A DNA stretch of 64,000 nucleotides from a virus. Its lineage: Duplodnaviria; Caudoviricetes. The DNA is taken from IMG/VR virus record IMGVR_UViG_3300006922_000005; one strand, 5' to 3'. A program made the position numbers and the translations under genes. The notes below the pieces were generated by a model that was not told the DNA's origin, did no database searches, and saw only the letters and a list, made by a program, of their open reading frames with translations. Shown one piece after another: positions 48,601-61,200 of the stretch (the first letter of the stretch is position 1; each line of letters starts with the position of its first letter).

Positions 48601-49220
48601 GTTCAGAACAACTTAGAAGTCAATTTGAACCTGAATTAAATAAAATAAAATCAATAAGTGATACATTAATATTTCATTCAGTAAAATATAGACCATTATT
48701 TGGAACCACTGCTGATACAGATCTTCAAGCACAATTTAAAATTGTAAGAGGACCAAACAGCACTATTAGTGATAACCAATTGAAAAGCGGTGTAATCGAA
48801 GCAATTAATTCATTCTTTAATGTAACTAATTGGGATTTTGGAGATACATTTTACTTTTCAGAACTAGCAACATTTGTACATAATAATCTTGCACCTGACC
48901 TAGCAAATATGGTTATTGTACCTAGAAGTAACGGACAAAGTTTTGGATCGTTGTTTCAAATACAAAGTAAAGCAGATGAAATTTTTGTAAGCAGTGCTAC
49001 TGTTGATAATATAGAAATTATCGATAGTGTAACAGCAAGTAATTTACAAGCATCAGGTAATGTTGTTAGCAGTGTTGAACAAGTAGGAACAGTTGCAGTT
49101 ACATCAACAAACACAGTTACAACAACTAATACTGTTTCAACAGGTACAGCAAGTACAACAGGTACAGCAAGTACAACAAGTACTACCAACACCACTAGTA
49201 GCGGAGGTTCTAATTACTAA
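45678..49220 (+). CDS. gp6: Baseplate wedge protein, gp6-like
   Basis: DFSSYDF, DFNDYIESSE, NARENFIETA..SVLRLA..GY, QNRMITGEDY. Confidence 0.88.
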   Translation: MASYDRQNSLLVNQDWSKIYRSFTDADFSSYDFPTIRRTMINYLRKNYPEDFNDYIESSEYLALIDVIAFLGQSLSYRVDLNARENFIETAQKKESVLRLARLVGYNNKRNQSATGLLKITGIQTTQNLTDSNGTQLRNRFILWNDDSNVNWLEQINTIMNNSFQGTTVFGKPNASDAVGGIQTDQYKVNTTNSDIPTYKFSKTVAGLQTSFNIVSANLNQGNIVEETPLPGNTLGLLYRNDKRGNSSENTGFFLNFKQGETYTSPFSISDPSNNEVINLNTPNINNDDVWLWELDQFGNYIQQWTKLDSVVGTNAVYNSEAKDNRKIYSVISRDQDKVSLNFADGTFGDLPNGSFRVYYRVSNGLTYTIRPADMQNIIVDIPYTSKSGQRNTLTVQCALQTTVTNASATESVSSIRNNAPQTYYTQNRMITGEDYNTLPLTSNPQVVKSKAVNRASSGISRQYEIKDPTGKYSSTNIMADDGILYKNDYEIDFNFTFSTRNDVLGILRNNIEPIIAGIGTKSFYYDKFPRIQTAGLNIDWVKSTDTSVGSTGYFRNTVNNAPITVGSFTGNNFRFIATDSMIKFVPPSGRYFLPNGALTTTKTKLTSDYIWAKVANVIGDGSNGGLGALDNGTGPIVITEKVPALAIPSEIVPNIVTDLPSDIETEIVDLVFSNKNFGLRYDQSTLTWKIIANANANTLDPFSLDREGDLSGTKADKSWFVLFETDGETYTVSYRGLDYRFESQDLVQFYVDTTGKTYDPKTGSVIKDQIKILKVNEDPIASSILTKDYPWEITGAIRNTDGFEDTNRVQVNLYDSDDDGMIDDPDSFINVVAPESTDVRGYQDKFVFFQNTVVGNYTVAKKVDASNFIIFDKETSIPALADYSDGQLFYFYSSTENVIKSYSATRGVLDLNNTYFAKPGRSDIRFQYIHNADNDRRLDPSKTNLIDIYMLTEAYDSDFRTWIVNGGNRPLAPSSEQLRSQFEPELNKIKSISDTLIFHSVKYRPLFGTTADTDLQAQFKIVRGPNSTISDNQLKSGVIEAINSFFNVTNWDFGDTFYFSELATFVHNNLAPDLANMVIVPRSNGQSFGSLFQIQSKADEIFVSSATVDNIEIIDSVTASNLQASGNVVSSVEQVGTVAVTSTNTVTTTNTVSTGTASTTGTASTTSTTNTTSSGGSNY
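49139..49180 (+). repeat. 18-bp tandem repeat (TGTAST x2) in the Thr/Ser-rich tail of gp6
   Basis: acaggtacagcaagtaca repeated twice. Confidence 0.8.
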
Positions 49221-52200
49221 TGGCATATAGTGACAACAACAATGCTCCTGTTAACAAGGACAATAAAGATAAGTTTAGAAATAGTGCTGATTTACTTCCA
49301 ATGTTTTTTAGAACGGAAGCAAATAAAAAGTTTCTTGGAGCAACATTTGACACACTTATTAGTAAAGGTCAATTAGAAAAAATTAACGGTTTTGTTGGAA
49401 GTAGATATTCTCCAACAGTAAAGCCAGAGGATAGATACCTTACTGAACCAACATCTAATCGCAGACGTTATAACCTATTACCTAGTGTTGTAATTAGAGA
49501 TGATTTTGATGATAGAACAGAATGGTTAGCAACGTATGACGATTTATTAAATCAGTTAGATTTTTTTAACAGTGAAACAAAAAATCATAACAACTTATTT
49601 TCTAGCAAATATTATGCTTGGAACCCACATATTGACTTTGATAAAATTGCAAACTATAGACAGTACTATTGGTTGCCACAAGGTCCTAGTCCAGTTACAG
49701 TTACAGGATTAGCAGAAGGTAGCATAAGTGCATTTACTGTTACTAATGATAGTTCGGGTGCTTATGTGTTTACGCCAGATGGTAGTTCAAAGAACCCTGT
49801 AATTAAATTGTTTAGAGGGGCAACTTATAAGTTTGAAGTAAATGCACCAGGACATCCATTCAATATTAAACTTGCAAAAACTACAGGTAATACAGATTTA
49901 TACACTGATGGAGTTACAGACAACGGTACCGACAATGGAACAGTTGTGTTTACTATTCCAAAAGGTGCACCAGACATACTTTACTATGCTTGTGCTAATC
50001 ATCAATCAATGCAAGGTATTTTTGAAATTAAAGATGCAGTTGATGAGTTAAACATTGATATTCCTACAGAAGTTTTAGGTAAAACAGAGTATACAAGTTC
50101 TAATGGAGTTGTGTTTACTAACGGATTAAAAGTTAATTTTACAGGAAATGTATCACCGTCAAAATATAAAAACAAAAATTATTATGTTGAAGGTGTTGGA
50201 ACAGGAATTACACTTACTCCGGTAACAGAGTTTGATACACCAGAAGGTTATAGTCAAAATTTTGATTATGAATTTGATGTAGACAGTTTCGATGACACTC
50301 CATATGATGACGGAGAAAGCACACCAACAACTCCAGAGTACGTTAGTATTAACAGAGCAAGTATTGATAAGAATCCTTGGTCAAGATATAACAGATGGTT
50401 TCATAAAGAAGTTATTGAAGCAACAGCCAAGTATAATAATACTAATATTGTATTAGATGAAACTCAACGTGCTAAACGTCCTATTATTGAATTTAGACCT
50501 AACATGCAACTTTACAATTTTGCTACACAAGGTTTAGGCAACATCGATGTAATTGACACAGTTACAACAGATGCATTTAGTGAAGTTGAAGGACAAATAG
50601 GTTACTACGTTGATCAAATTGATTTAACAACAGGTATGCGTGTTACATTTACAGCAGATCCTGACATCACTGTAGCAGGAAAGATTTATGAAGTTTCGTT
50701 TGTAACACACGGCGGAAAGTCAAGATTGCGTTTAGAAGAAGTTGAAAGCGGTTTAACTAATACAGGTATTGTTGTTACCAACGGCGTAACTAACAAAGGT
50801 ACTAGTTGGTACTTTAATGGAACAACATGGATTAAAGGACAACAAAAAACTACAATTAACCAAGCACCAATGTTTGAATTATTTGATAATGACGGTGTTA
50901 GTTTTACCGATACAAAATACGGTGTACAAAATTTTGTTGGTAACAAACTATTAAGTTACAAACAAGGAACCGGTGCAAACGATGCTATTTTAGGATTTCC
51001 AATTTCATATCAAAATGTTAATAACATTGGTGATATTTGTTTTAACTTTGATTGGGATAATGATAGTTTTGTATATTCTACAACTGACGGAAATGTTTTA
51101 CAAGACACAGCGGCCAGTGTTGTTAAAGTAAACAAAAGTTTAACTGAAAACACATTTGAATCAGGATGGAGTTTAGTTGATACTAAAACTAGACAAAAAG
51201 TTATACAACTTAATGATACAATCGCCGAAACAACATTAATTGAAATTACAGCAATTACTAATCCAGGACTATACCTAACAGCAAAAGACATTGTTGTTGA
51301 GTATGCTGGAACTGTACTAAAACCTAATACAGGATTTACTACAACAAAAAGTGATGACGGTAAAAAATTATATATAAATCCTGTAGAATTTATTCCATCA
51401 GACGAAAGAATTACTATAAAAATTACCACTGATGAAGTACCTACACAGTTTGGATTTTACGAAGCGCCTATAAACTTAACTAACAACAGTGAAAATAATG
51501 ATCTAACTACATTTACTTTAGGTAGTGTAACTGATCATGTTAGAACTATTTTTAGTAATAATATTAATGTTACTGGTAAGTTTAACAACACATCAAATGC
51601 TAGAGATATTCCTAACTTATATAAATCAGGAACACGTTATGTAAAACATCAAGGTAGTTTATTACCTGCAATTTTTGGACTAGTTGACAGCGAAACAAAT
51701 GTAATTAAATCTATAAGAAAAAATGCACTTGATTACAATGTATTCAAACAACAATTTTTAAACATGTTTGAAACAATTGAAGTTACAGGTGCTCCAAGAG
51801 ATGATGTAGACAGTATATTATACAGTATGTCTGTAAACCAAAACTCAAACAATTCTTACTTTTACAGTGATATGGCTGGCTACGGTAAATCTTTATCGTC
51901 CACAACATATGAAGTTAATACATTTGAACAACAAATTTTTGGAATACAAAGTAACTTTAATCTAACTGCTAATTCAAATAGAAGTGTATATGTTTACTTA
52001 AACGGTGAACATTTAATTAATGGTGTTGATTATAACTTTGATACTATTGATAACACAGTTAATCTTATTAAGAAAACAGCAATAGGTGATAGTGTAGTAA
52101 TTTATGATTACAATACTATTGGTAGTATTATTCCTAGTACTCCTACAAAGTTAGGATTATATCCAAAGTATACACCAGAAATTTATACAGATAAAACTTA

Positions 52201-55200
52201 TATTACGCCTACTAAAATTATTCAAGGGCATGATGGAAGTAAAACTAAAGCGTTTGATGATTACCGAGATGAATTATTATTAGAATTAGAAAAAAGAATT
52301 TATAACAATATTAAAGTTGAATATAATAGAGATATATTTGACAACAATGAATTCAAACCGGGTGCATTTAGAAAAACAGATTTTACATTAGATGAATTTA
52401 CTAGTGTATTAGATGATGATTTTAATTACTGGTCTAACTTGTATTCAGTAAACTATCTAGATAATACAACATCAGTAGAAGGGGAAATATTTTCCTACAA
52501 TCATAACTCAGGTTTAGACACAGTCAACGGTGAAACTTTACCAGGATCGTGGAGAGGGATTTATAAAAAGTTTTTTGATACAGATCGTCCGCATACTGCT
52601 CCATGGGAAATGCTTGGATATTCTGAAAAACCTAGTTGGTGGGAAGGCCGTTATGGAGCCGCTCCTTACACTTCAGGTAATGATATTCTTTGGAATGATT
52701 TAGAAAAAGGTTTTGATTTTAACAAACAAAAAGCAAATCCAGTATACGCAAGAACAGGATTAAGCAAAATTATACCTGTAGACGAGTACGGAGATTTAAA
52801 ATCACCTTTACAATCAAATTTAGTAAACAACTTTATTACAACTAACATTGGACATGATTGGGTCTTTGGTGACATGGGTCCATCAGAGTATTCATGGAGA
52901 TCAAGTAGTTGGTATCCGTATGTTGAACAAATTGCTTTAGCATTACTAAAACCTGCAAACTATCTCACAGCACAATATGATACTAGTCAAAATAAAGTTT
53001 CACCAAGCGGTAACATTATATACAATAGTACAGGAAAAATTTTAGATTTTACAGATGTAAAAACACATACATTGTATTATAATAATGTAAGATATTTTGG
53101 ATCAGGGTATCATGTATTTGTAGTTGACTATATGAAACAAGCAAATCAAGATGTGCTTACAGGTTATGCTAGTAGACTTGCAAAAACAAGTATGAATCTA
53201 ACATATAAAACAGGTGCGTTTGTTAATAAAGATAGACTTAGAGTTCTACTTGAAAGTGCGAATCCAAATTCTCCTGATAAAAGTATTTTCCTCCCAGATG
53301 AAAATTATGAAATTGCATTTAGAAAATCCAATCCAGTTTATACTGCTAGTATATCTGGTGTAGTTGTAGAAAAAGTTGATAAAGGATATATGGTCAGAGG
53401 TTATGACAAGTATAATCCTGTGTTTAACATTTACCCTGCAAGACTAGGACAAAATGACCAAGCAGTTAATATTGGCGGTACTGAAGCAAACTTTATTATA
53501 TGGACAGAAGAAAAGTTTTATGGTGCACAACAAATTGTACAATACGAAGGTTCGTATTACAGAGTAAAAGAAGATCATACTGCACAGCAACAATTTGATG
53601 TTAGCAAGTATGCTAAACTTGCTGAGTTACCAACAACAGGCGGAGCATCGGCTCAAATACCTACATTGTTTGAAGACAGGTTAGTTAGAGTACCATACCA
53701 AACAGTGTATACTAACAAGCAAGACGTTTACAACTTTTTACTAGGATACGGACAGTATCTTGAAAGTATTGGATTTAAGTTTGAATCTCGAATCAACGAA
53801 CTTGGTGAAATATCAGATTTTAGATTTAGTGGAAAAGAATTTTTATATTGGACTACACAAAATTTTGCAAAAGGAAGTGTTATTACACTAGCACCGTTTG
53901 CAAGAAATGTTTCTTTTGAATTTTCATCAGGACAAGTAGATAATGTTTTAGATACATTCTATGAATACTCTATATACAATGCTGGCGGAAATCCAATAAG
54001 TAGAAAAAGCATAAGCACAGTTAGAGATAGCGGAAGATTTACATTAAAGCCAGTAGACACACAAGAAGGTATTTTTAACGTACAATTAAATCTTATACAA
54101 AAAGAACACGTTATTGTGTTTGACGATAAGAGTGTATTTGGTGATATAATATATGATCAAGAAGCAGGTTACCGACAAGAACGTATTAAGTTAATTGGAT
54201 TTAAAACTACTGAATGGGATGGCGATTTATATTCACCAGGATTTGTTTATGATGAAGCAAAGATTTCTCCATGGGCTCAATACAGAGATTATAATCTTGG
54301 CGATGTTGTAAAATATAAAACAAAATTTTATACTGCAAAAAGTTTTATTGCAGGTGAAGAAAACTTTGTTTATAATAAATGGTCCTATTTAAATCAAGCA
54401 CCAACAGCAGAGTTATTACCTAACTTAGATTTTAAAATTAGTAGTTTCCAAGATTTCTATAACTTAGATACTGAAACATTTGATGAAGCATCAAGTAAGT
54501 TATCACAACACTTGGTAGGATACCAAAAAAGAATATACTTAGATAATCTTATACAAGATAATACAGCACAGTATAAGTTTTATCAAGGATATATTAAAGA
54601 AAAAGGTACAACAAATGCTATTGATAAAATATCTCGATTAAAGATTGACGATGTACAAACAGATATTTCAATAGACGAGGAATGGGCATTTAAAGTTGGT
54701 AGTTTAGGAAGCAACTCAACTGTTAAAGAAATTGAGTTTACACTAGACGAAAGTTTAAATTTAGAAAATCCACAAGCATATGATTTTGTAAGTTCTGTAA
54801 CTTCAAATACCACACCAGGAAACAACATACAAATTACTGCAAATAACATTGCTGTAAAACCAGTTGACTATGATAACAATCCGTGGCCAATTACAACACT
54901 TGATACTACAGCAGGAATTACTAGTGATTATCTTAATCAACTGCCGGTTGCAGGATATCCTAGATTAGATGATATTCCAACTACTTCAGTAAACTATTCA
55001 GATCTAGTAGGTAGCAGTGTTATTAACCAACTTGATGATAGTGATCTAATTTGGGTAGCAAAGGATAAAGATAAAGACTGGAATGTGTATCAGTTACAAA
55101 CAATTCCAGCAAGAGTAATTCAAACAGATGATTTAAAAACTCAATTCTTAGATAATGAAATTACACTAAACACAGACATTGCACACAACCTAGTTGTTAA

Positions 55201-58200
55201 TCAAATTATTAGTATTAAAAGTTTTTCAGAAAGTGTTGATAATGTTTATCTTGTAAAAAGAATTAACTCAACTACACAGTTTGTAGTTGAAGGAAGTGAT
55301 ACTAGTACTACATTAGATGATAGTACATCGGGAGAAATTTTAGAATTTATTTCGAACAGAGTTAGTAACCCAGATGATATTAACAATATTAAAAATGTAT
55401 CAAACATAGAAAATGATTCACTTATTTTTGTAGATAATGATGGTACTAACAAATGGGCAGTATATAAAAAGACAAGAGCATTTACAGAAAACAAATGGGG
55501 ATCTCCAAACCCTATCACTAAACAAAAGTTTGGTTATAACATTGCTTCTGCAAATTCAGGTAGAACTATTGTTGTAGCGGCACCAAAGTTTGGCGATGAA
55601 GGTCAAATTTATATTTTAAACAGAGAATTTAATACAGGAATTCAAACACTACAAGTAACACAAGGATTTGCTATTTCAGATAACGCAAGTGATAATATTG
55701 TCAGTGATGCAGGCTTACCTGCACTTGGAACAAGTTTAGCATTAAGCAATGATGGAACAGTATTAGTAGCAGGTGCATCAGAAGCAAGTAATTTTAAGGC
55801 GGCTGATGATAGTACATATGCTAGTGGATTTAGAGTAAGCGTTGGAAATATTGATGTTGCTCCTAGTGTATTTGATAGAGAAGGTGTTGTAACATTACAC
55901 ACATACGATACTGCTGAAAACTTGTTTAAAAGAAACTATGTAATTGGTTGTAGTGAACCAGAAAGTGATTTGCATTTTGGTGCAAGTGTACTAGTATCAA
56001 ATACAAAGTTGTTAGTTGGTGCTCCGGGTAAAACTAACTTCCAAGGTAAAGTTTACATATATGATAAAACTACAAGACCAGACGGTAGTACATTAGATTG
56101 GGATTTAAGTGATCACCATATTTTATCAATTCCGAATAGTAGAGATGGAGATAAATTTGGTTCAACTATGACTGCTAATAAAGATCTTAGTATTGTTGCT
56201 ATATCGGCTCCAGGATATGAAGAAGAAGGAGATGATAGTACAGCAAACAAAGGCGCAGTATTCATATACAGTTTAGATTCAAATAACGAATATCAATTAA
56301 TTCAAACATTAAGTTCAGCAACATTTAATCAAATTGATTCAGGTGATAGTTTTGGTTACTCATTGGATATGAGTGATAACGGAACTACACTTATAGTATC
56401 AGCACCATACGATGATCAAAATACTATTAACAGCGGAGCATTATATTACTTTAGTAAAGAAGTAACTGCTGATAGTACACAAGATATGTACACATACCAA
56501 CAAACTATTTTTAGTCCTCTTAAACAAGTACAAGAACAGTTTGGGGCAAAAGTAAGTGTAAATGAAGACGGAACCGGATTTGCTGTGTGGAGTCAACATG
56601 GTCAGAATCGACTAACAACAACATTTGATAAATTTACACTACTAGAAGATAGTTCACTAGGTGAAACTACAAGAGAAACTACATTTGATAGTCAGAGTTT
56701 AAACATAATTGATGAAAATTATGCAAGTGGTACAGTTTACACTTATACAAAACTAAACACAAAGTTTGTTTATGGACAACAATTAAGTTCAGATACAACA
56801 CAAGAATTTGATGAGTTTGGTCGAGGTCTTATATACACAGGTAATTCATTGTTAGTCGGTGCGCCTAATAGTAAGACAGCAGATCTTACTGATGACATTG
56901 GTAGTTTATTTGTATATCAAAAAACTGGATCAAGTGGTTGGAATAAAATTAGAACACAGGATGATCCTACAGATCCGTATAGTGTTAAAAAATCTTTCAC
57001 ATTTAATACATTAAAAAATGATGTAAAAGACTTTTTAGAAACTATTGATCCTGTAAAAGGAAAAATTCCATATCTAGCAGAAAAAGAAATTTCATTTAAA
57101 GCAAACATTGACCCTGCTTCGTATACTAGAAGCGACACTAACGTAACAGTTAAACCAACCACAGCATGGACAGAAGAACATGTTGGCCAACTATGGTGGG
57201 ATTTAAGTACTGTAAGTTACATATGGTATGAGCAAGGTGATACAGAATATAGAAAAACAAACTGGGGACAACAATTTCCTGGAAGTTCAATTGATGTATA
57301 TGAATGGGTTGAAACTGATCTTTTACCAAGTGAATGGTTAGAACTTTCAGTTACACAACAAGGACAATCAGCAGGAGTTAGCGGAACACCTAAATACAAT
57401 GATGATACACTTGTACAGAAAAACATTTATAATTTTACTAGTGGCGGATTCGAAACTAGATATTACTATTGGGTTAAAAATACTGTAGCAGTTCCTAATG
57501 TAAAAAACCGTGATTTACCGGCAGTTGAAGTTGCAAATATTATTAATGATCCTAAAACATACGGAATTAAAAGTATCCAACTTTTATCTAAAAATGCAAT
57601 CAGTATTAGCAATGTAAAAACAACACTTGATGATAAAGATGTTTTCTTAAGTGTGCAATACAGTAATGTAGATACTGATATTCCAGAACACAACGAATGG
57701 CAGTTAATCAGTGAAAGCCAAGATAAGAAAATTGAAAATACTTTATTAGTTAAAAAACTTATTGACAGTGCAGTTGGATATGACAGTGAAGGAAATCCAG
57801 TTCCAGATCAAGCACTTCCGGTACAACGAAAATACGGAATACAAGTTCGTCCTAGACAAAGCATGTTTGTTGATAGACTAGATGCACTTAAATCTATTAT
57901 TACATTTACAAATGAAGTAATGAGTAATACTAGAGTTGTTGATACTAAAGATATTAATGCACTATCTGAAAAAGATCCTTTACCTGTATCAGGTAGCGGA
58001 AAATGGGATATACAAATTGACGACTATGACGAGTTATCACAAGTAGGTACAGAGGATTTAGTAACAGCAACAGCAACAGCAAATATTGTTAACGGTAGAA
58101 TAACTTCTGTAAACATAACCAATGCTGGTAAAGGATATAAAAATGCTCCTGCAATTACTATTTCAGGCACAGGTACAGGTGCAAAATTACAATCTGTAAT

Positions 58201-61200
58201 TGATGCTCAAGGTAAAATAACAGCAATCAATGTTAATAAAACAGGTAAAGATTACACAGTTGCTAATTTAGATATTAGACCATTTAGAGCATTGGTTACA
58301 TTAGACTCAACAGCAAATAATAACTGGACAATATATCAATGGCAAGCAAGTACTAAACTTTGGTCTAGAACAAATACACAAACATTTGACTTAACACGCT
58401 TTTGGAAATATACAGATTATGTAGTTGCAGGATTTGATATTGATTCAATTATTAATTACAAACTAAAAGCAACATACGAGTTAAACACTATTACACCAAT
58501 AGTTGGAGAGTTAGTACAAGTTGACAACGCTGGAGACGGTAACAAGATTATTCTTAAAAGAGTAATTAGTAATGGTACTTTTGATGACTCATATGACTTA
58601 ATGTATAAAGCAAACAGTACAATACAGTTTAACGAAAGTGTTTATAATTACGAATTATTAAACTTTGGTTTTGCAGGTCAAGAAAATTATGACGTAAACT
58701 TGTTTGACAGTGAGCCAATACAAGAAACACGTAGAGTTTTAGAAATTATTAGAGATAATATATTTGTAGACGACTTAAAAGATAATTGGAACAAATTATT
58801 CTTTATTGCAGTAAGATATGCATTTTCTGAGCAAACATTTGTAGACTGGGCATTTAAAACTAGTTTCATAACTGTAGATAATAAACTTGGCGGATTTAGT
58901 AAGAAGTTAAATTACAAATTAAGTGACCCAGGATATATTGAACAATACATTAATGAAGTAAAACCTTACAGAACTGTAATTAGAAACTTCTATAACAGTT
59001 ATGACCAAGTAGAAAACACACCTGTAAGTAATACAGATTTTGATTTACCAAGTTATTGGGACGAAGAAAACAAAATATTTGTTGCTCCTAAGATTACTGA
59101 TGATAAAATTACTACTGAACCTTATGTTAATTGGTTTGACAACTACAAATATAATATTGGTAATGTAAGTGTTACTGACGATGGTGAAGGTTATACTGAA
59201 GCACCTGTGGTTATTATTAGTGGCGGTAGATCTAACAAACCTAAAATTATACAAACTAATGAATTTAGACCATTAGTAACTACTGATTACACTGACAGTA
59301 GATTTTATATTAAAACAACAAGTATTCCGGATCACGGATTTTCTAGAAACCCAGGAACCTTTGCTGTAAAATCACAAGACTTTACATTTGAGATTACTAG
59401 AACTCCAGTTGAAGCAAATACAAAAGTTAAAACTCCTATGGGAGCAATTGGTGTTGCAGTAAACGGTGTTGTATTCCATAATCCAAAAGCAAACTCAACT
59501 GAAATGAGAGCAGGTGTTGATTATACAATAAATGCTGTTCATGCAGGAAAACTTTTAAGTATAGATGACGGATCAGGACATCCGCAAGAAGATGGAGTTT
59601 ACCATTATCATGCAGATCCTAGTTTAATGTATACAAAAGATACTACAGCACACAGTCCTTTATTAGGATATGCACTTGATGGCTATCCAATTTATGGACC
59701 ATATGGGTGGAATACTAAATCAGGAAGAAGTAATCCAAGAGTAATGAAATCAAGTTATTCATTAAAAACAACTGTACGTTCAGATGGTAGCAACCATGAC
59801 GGAACATATGTAGAAGACTATGAATACATTGCAGGGTCAGGAGACTTAGATGAACACAACGGTAGAACTTGTAACACGCCTGAGTATCCAAACGGAACAT
59901 ATGCATACTTTGTAACTGTAGATCCTACAGACACTAACGTACAAGTATATCCATACATTGTTGGTCCTACATATTACGGTGCTCCTATACTACCTAATGG
60001 AGACAAAGTTTTACCAGGAGAAGCATTTGTAGATGCAACAGCAGTAGCATATATATCACGTGGTATTGTTAGAGAAATTGTTCTTACTAATCCAGGCAGT
60101 GGATATGTTAGTGCTCCTCTTGTTACACTTGCTGGCGGCGGAGGCGAAAATTCTGTAACACGTACAGCAAAAGCATATGCAAGATTAGAAAACAAAAAAG
60201 TTAGAATAAATGCAATGAGTATGAAGTTTGATAGGATTGCAAACAGTCATTTAATTCAAAGTCAAACACAAACAGATACATTTACTGCAACTGAAGGACA
60301 GATTAAATTTAAATTAACATATATTCCAACACTTGATAAACGTCAAATTAATATTAATATTGCAAATGAAACTGTATATATTGAAAACTATGATGTAAGT
60401 ATTGTTACTTTAAAAGATCAAACATATAAAAAACAAGAAGGATACATTATCTTTAGTGTTCCTCCAGGAAAAGGTAAATCTGTATCTATAACATACGAAA
60501 AGTCAATCGACTTAATGCAGGCAACTGATAGAATTAATTACTACTACAATCCAACAGCAGGTATGCGTGGTAAAGAACCATCGCAGTTAATGACTGGTGT
60601 TGAATACGATGGTGTTAAAGTACAAGGATTAGAGTTTGATATTAGCGTAGGCTTTGATGGTCTTCCATGGTTTAGTCATGGTTGGGATACATTCTCAGGA
60701 ACAAACACTGACTTTGCTTTCCGTGCAGATGGTAGTACACAAACATTTACACTACCATATACACCAGAAGCAGGGCAAGAGATAAATGTTTACTTTGATA
60801 ATGTAAGACAAGATCCAACAAATACTCCAACAATTACAGGAGACGGAAACACAACTGCATTTACATTAGACATAGGTGCTCCAGATGGTACTCTTGTTGT
60901 GTTTAGACAAAAAGAATCAGATGGTTCGTTAGTTCCAACTGATGTTAATAACTTAGATACAATTTTACAAGGTGGTAACTTCCAGTATTCAACAGCAACA
61001 GGACAAAATCCTGAGGACATTGATATTGACGGTGATGGATTTGTAACAGTTGACACATCACATGCACCAGAAGAAGTTGTTCCAGGACAAACATTTGATA
61101 GTTTAAGTATTAGTGTTTACAATTCACCAGCAGATGGTTCTCCGTTAATTGTTACAAACAGATATATTGGTAACAGTTTACTTAGAAGATATAGTTTTGA

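Noticed and set aside
50686-61056. Short minus-strand ORFs
   Set aside because: Antisense shadows of the 4648-aa gene.
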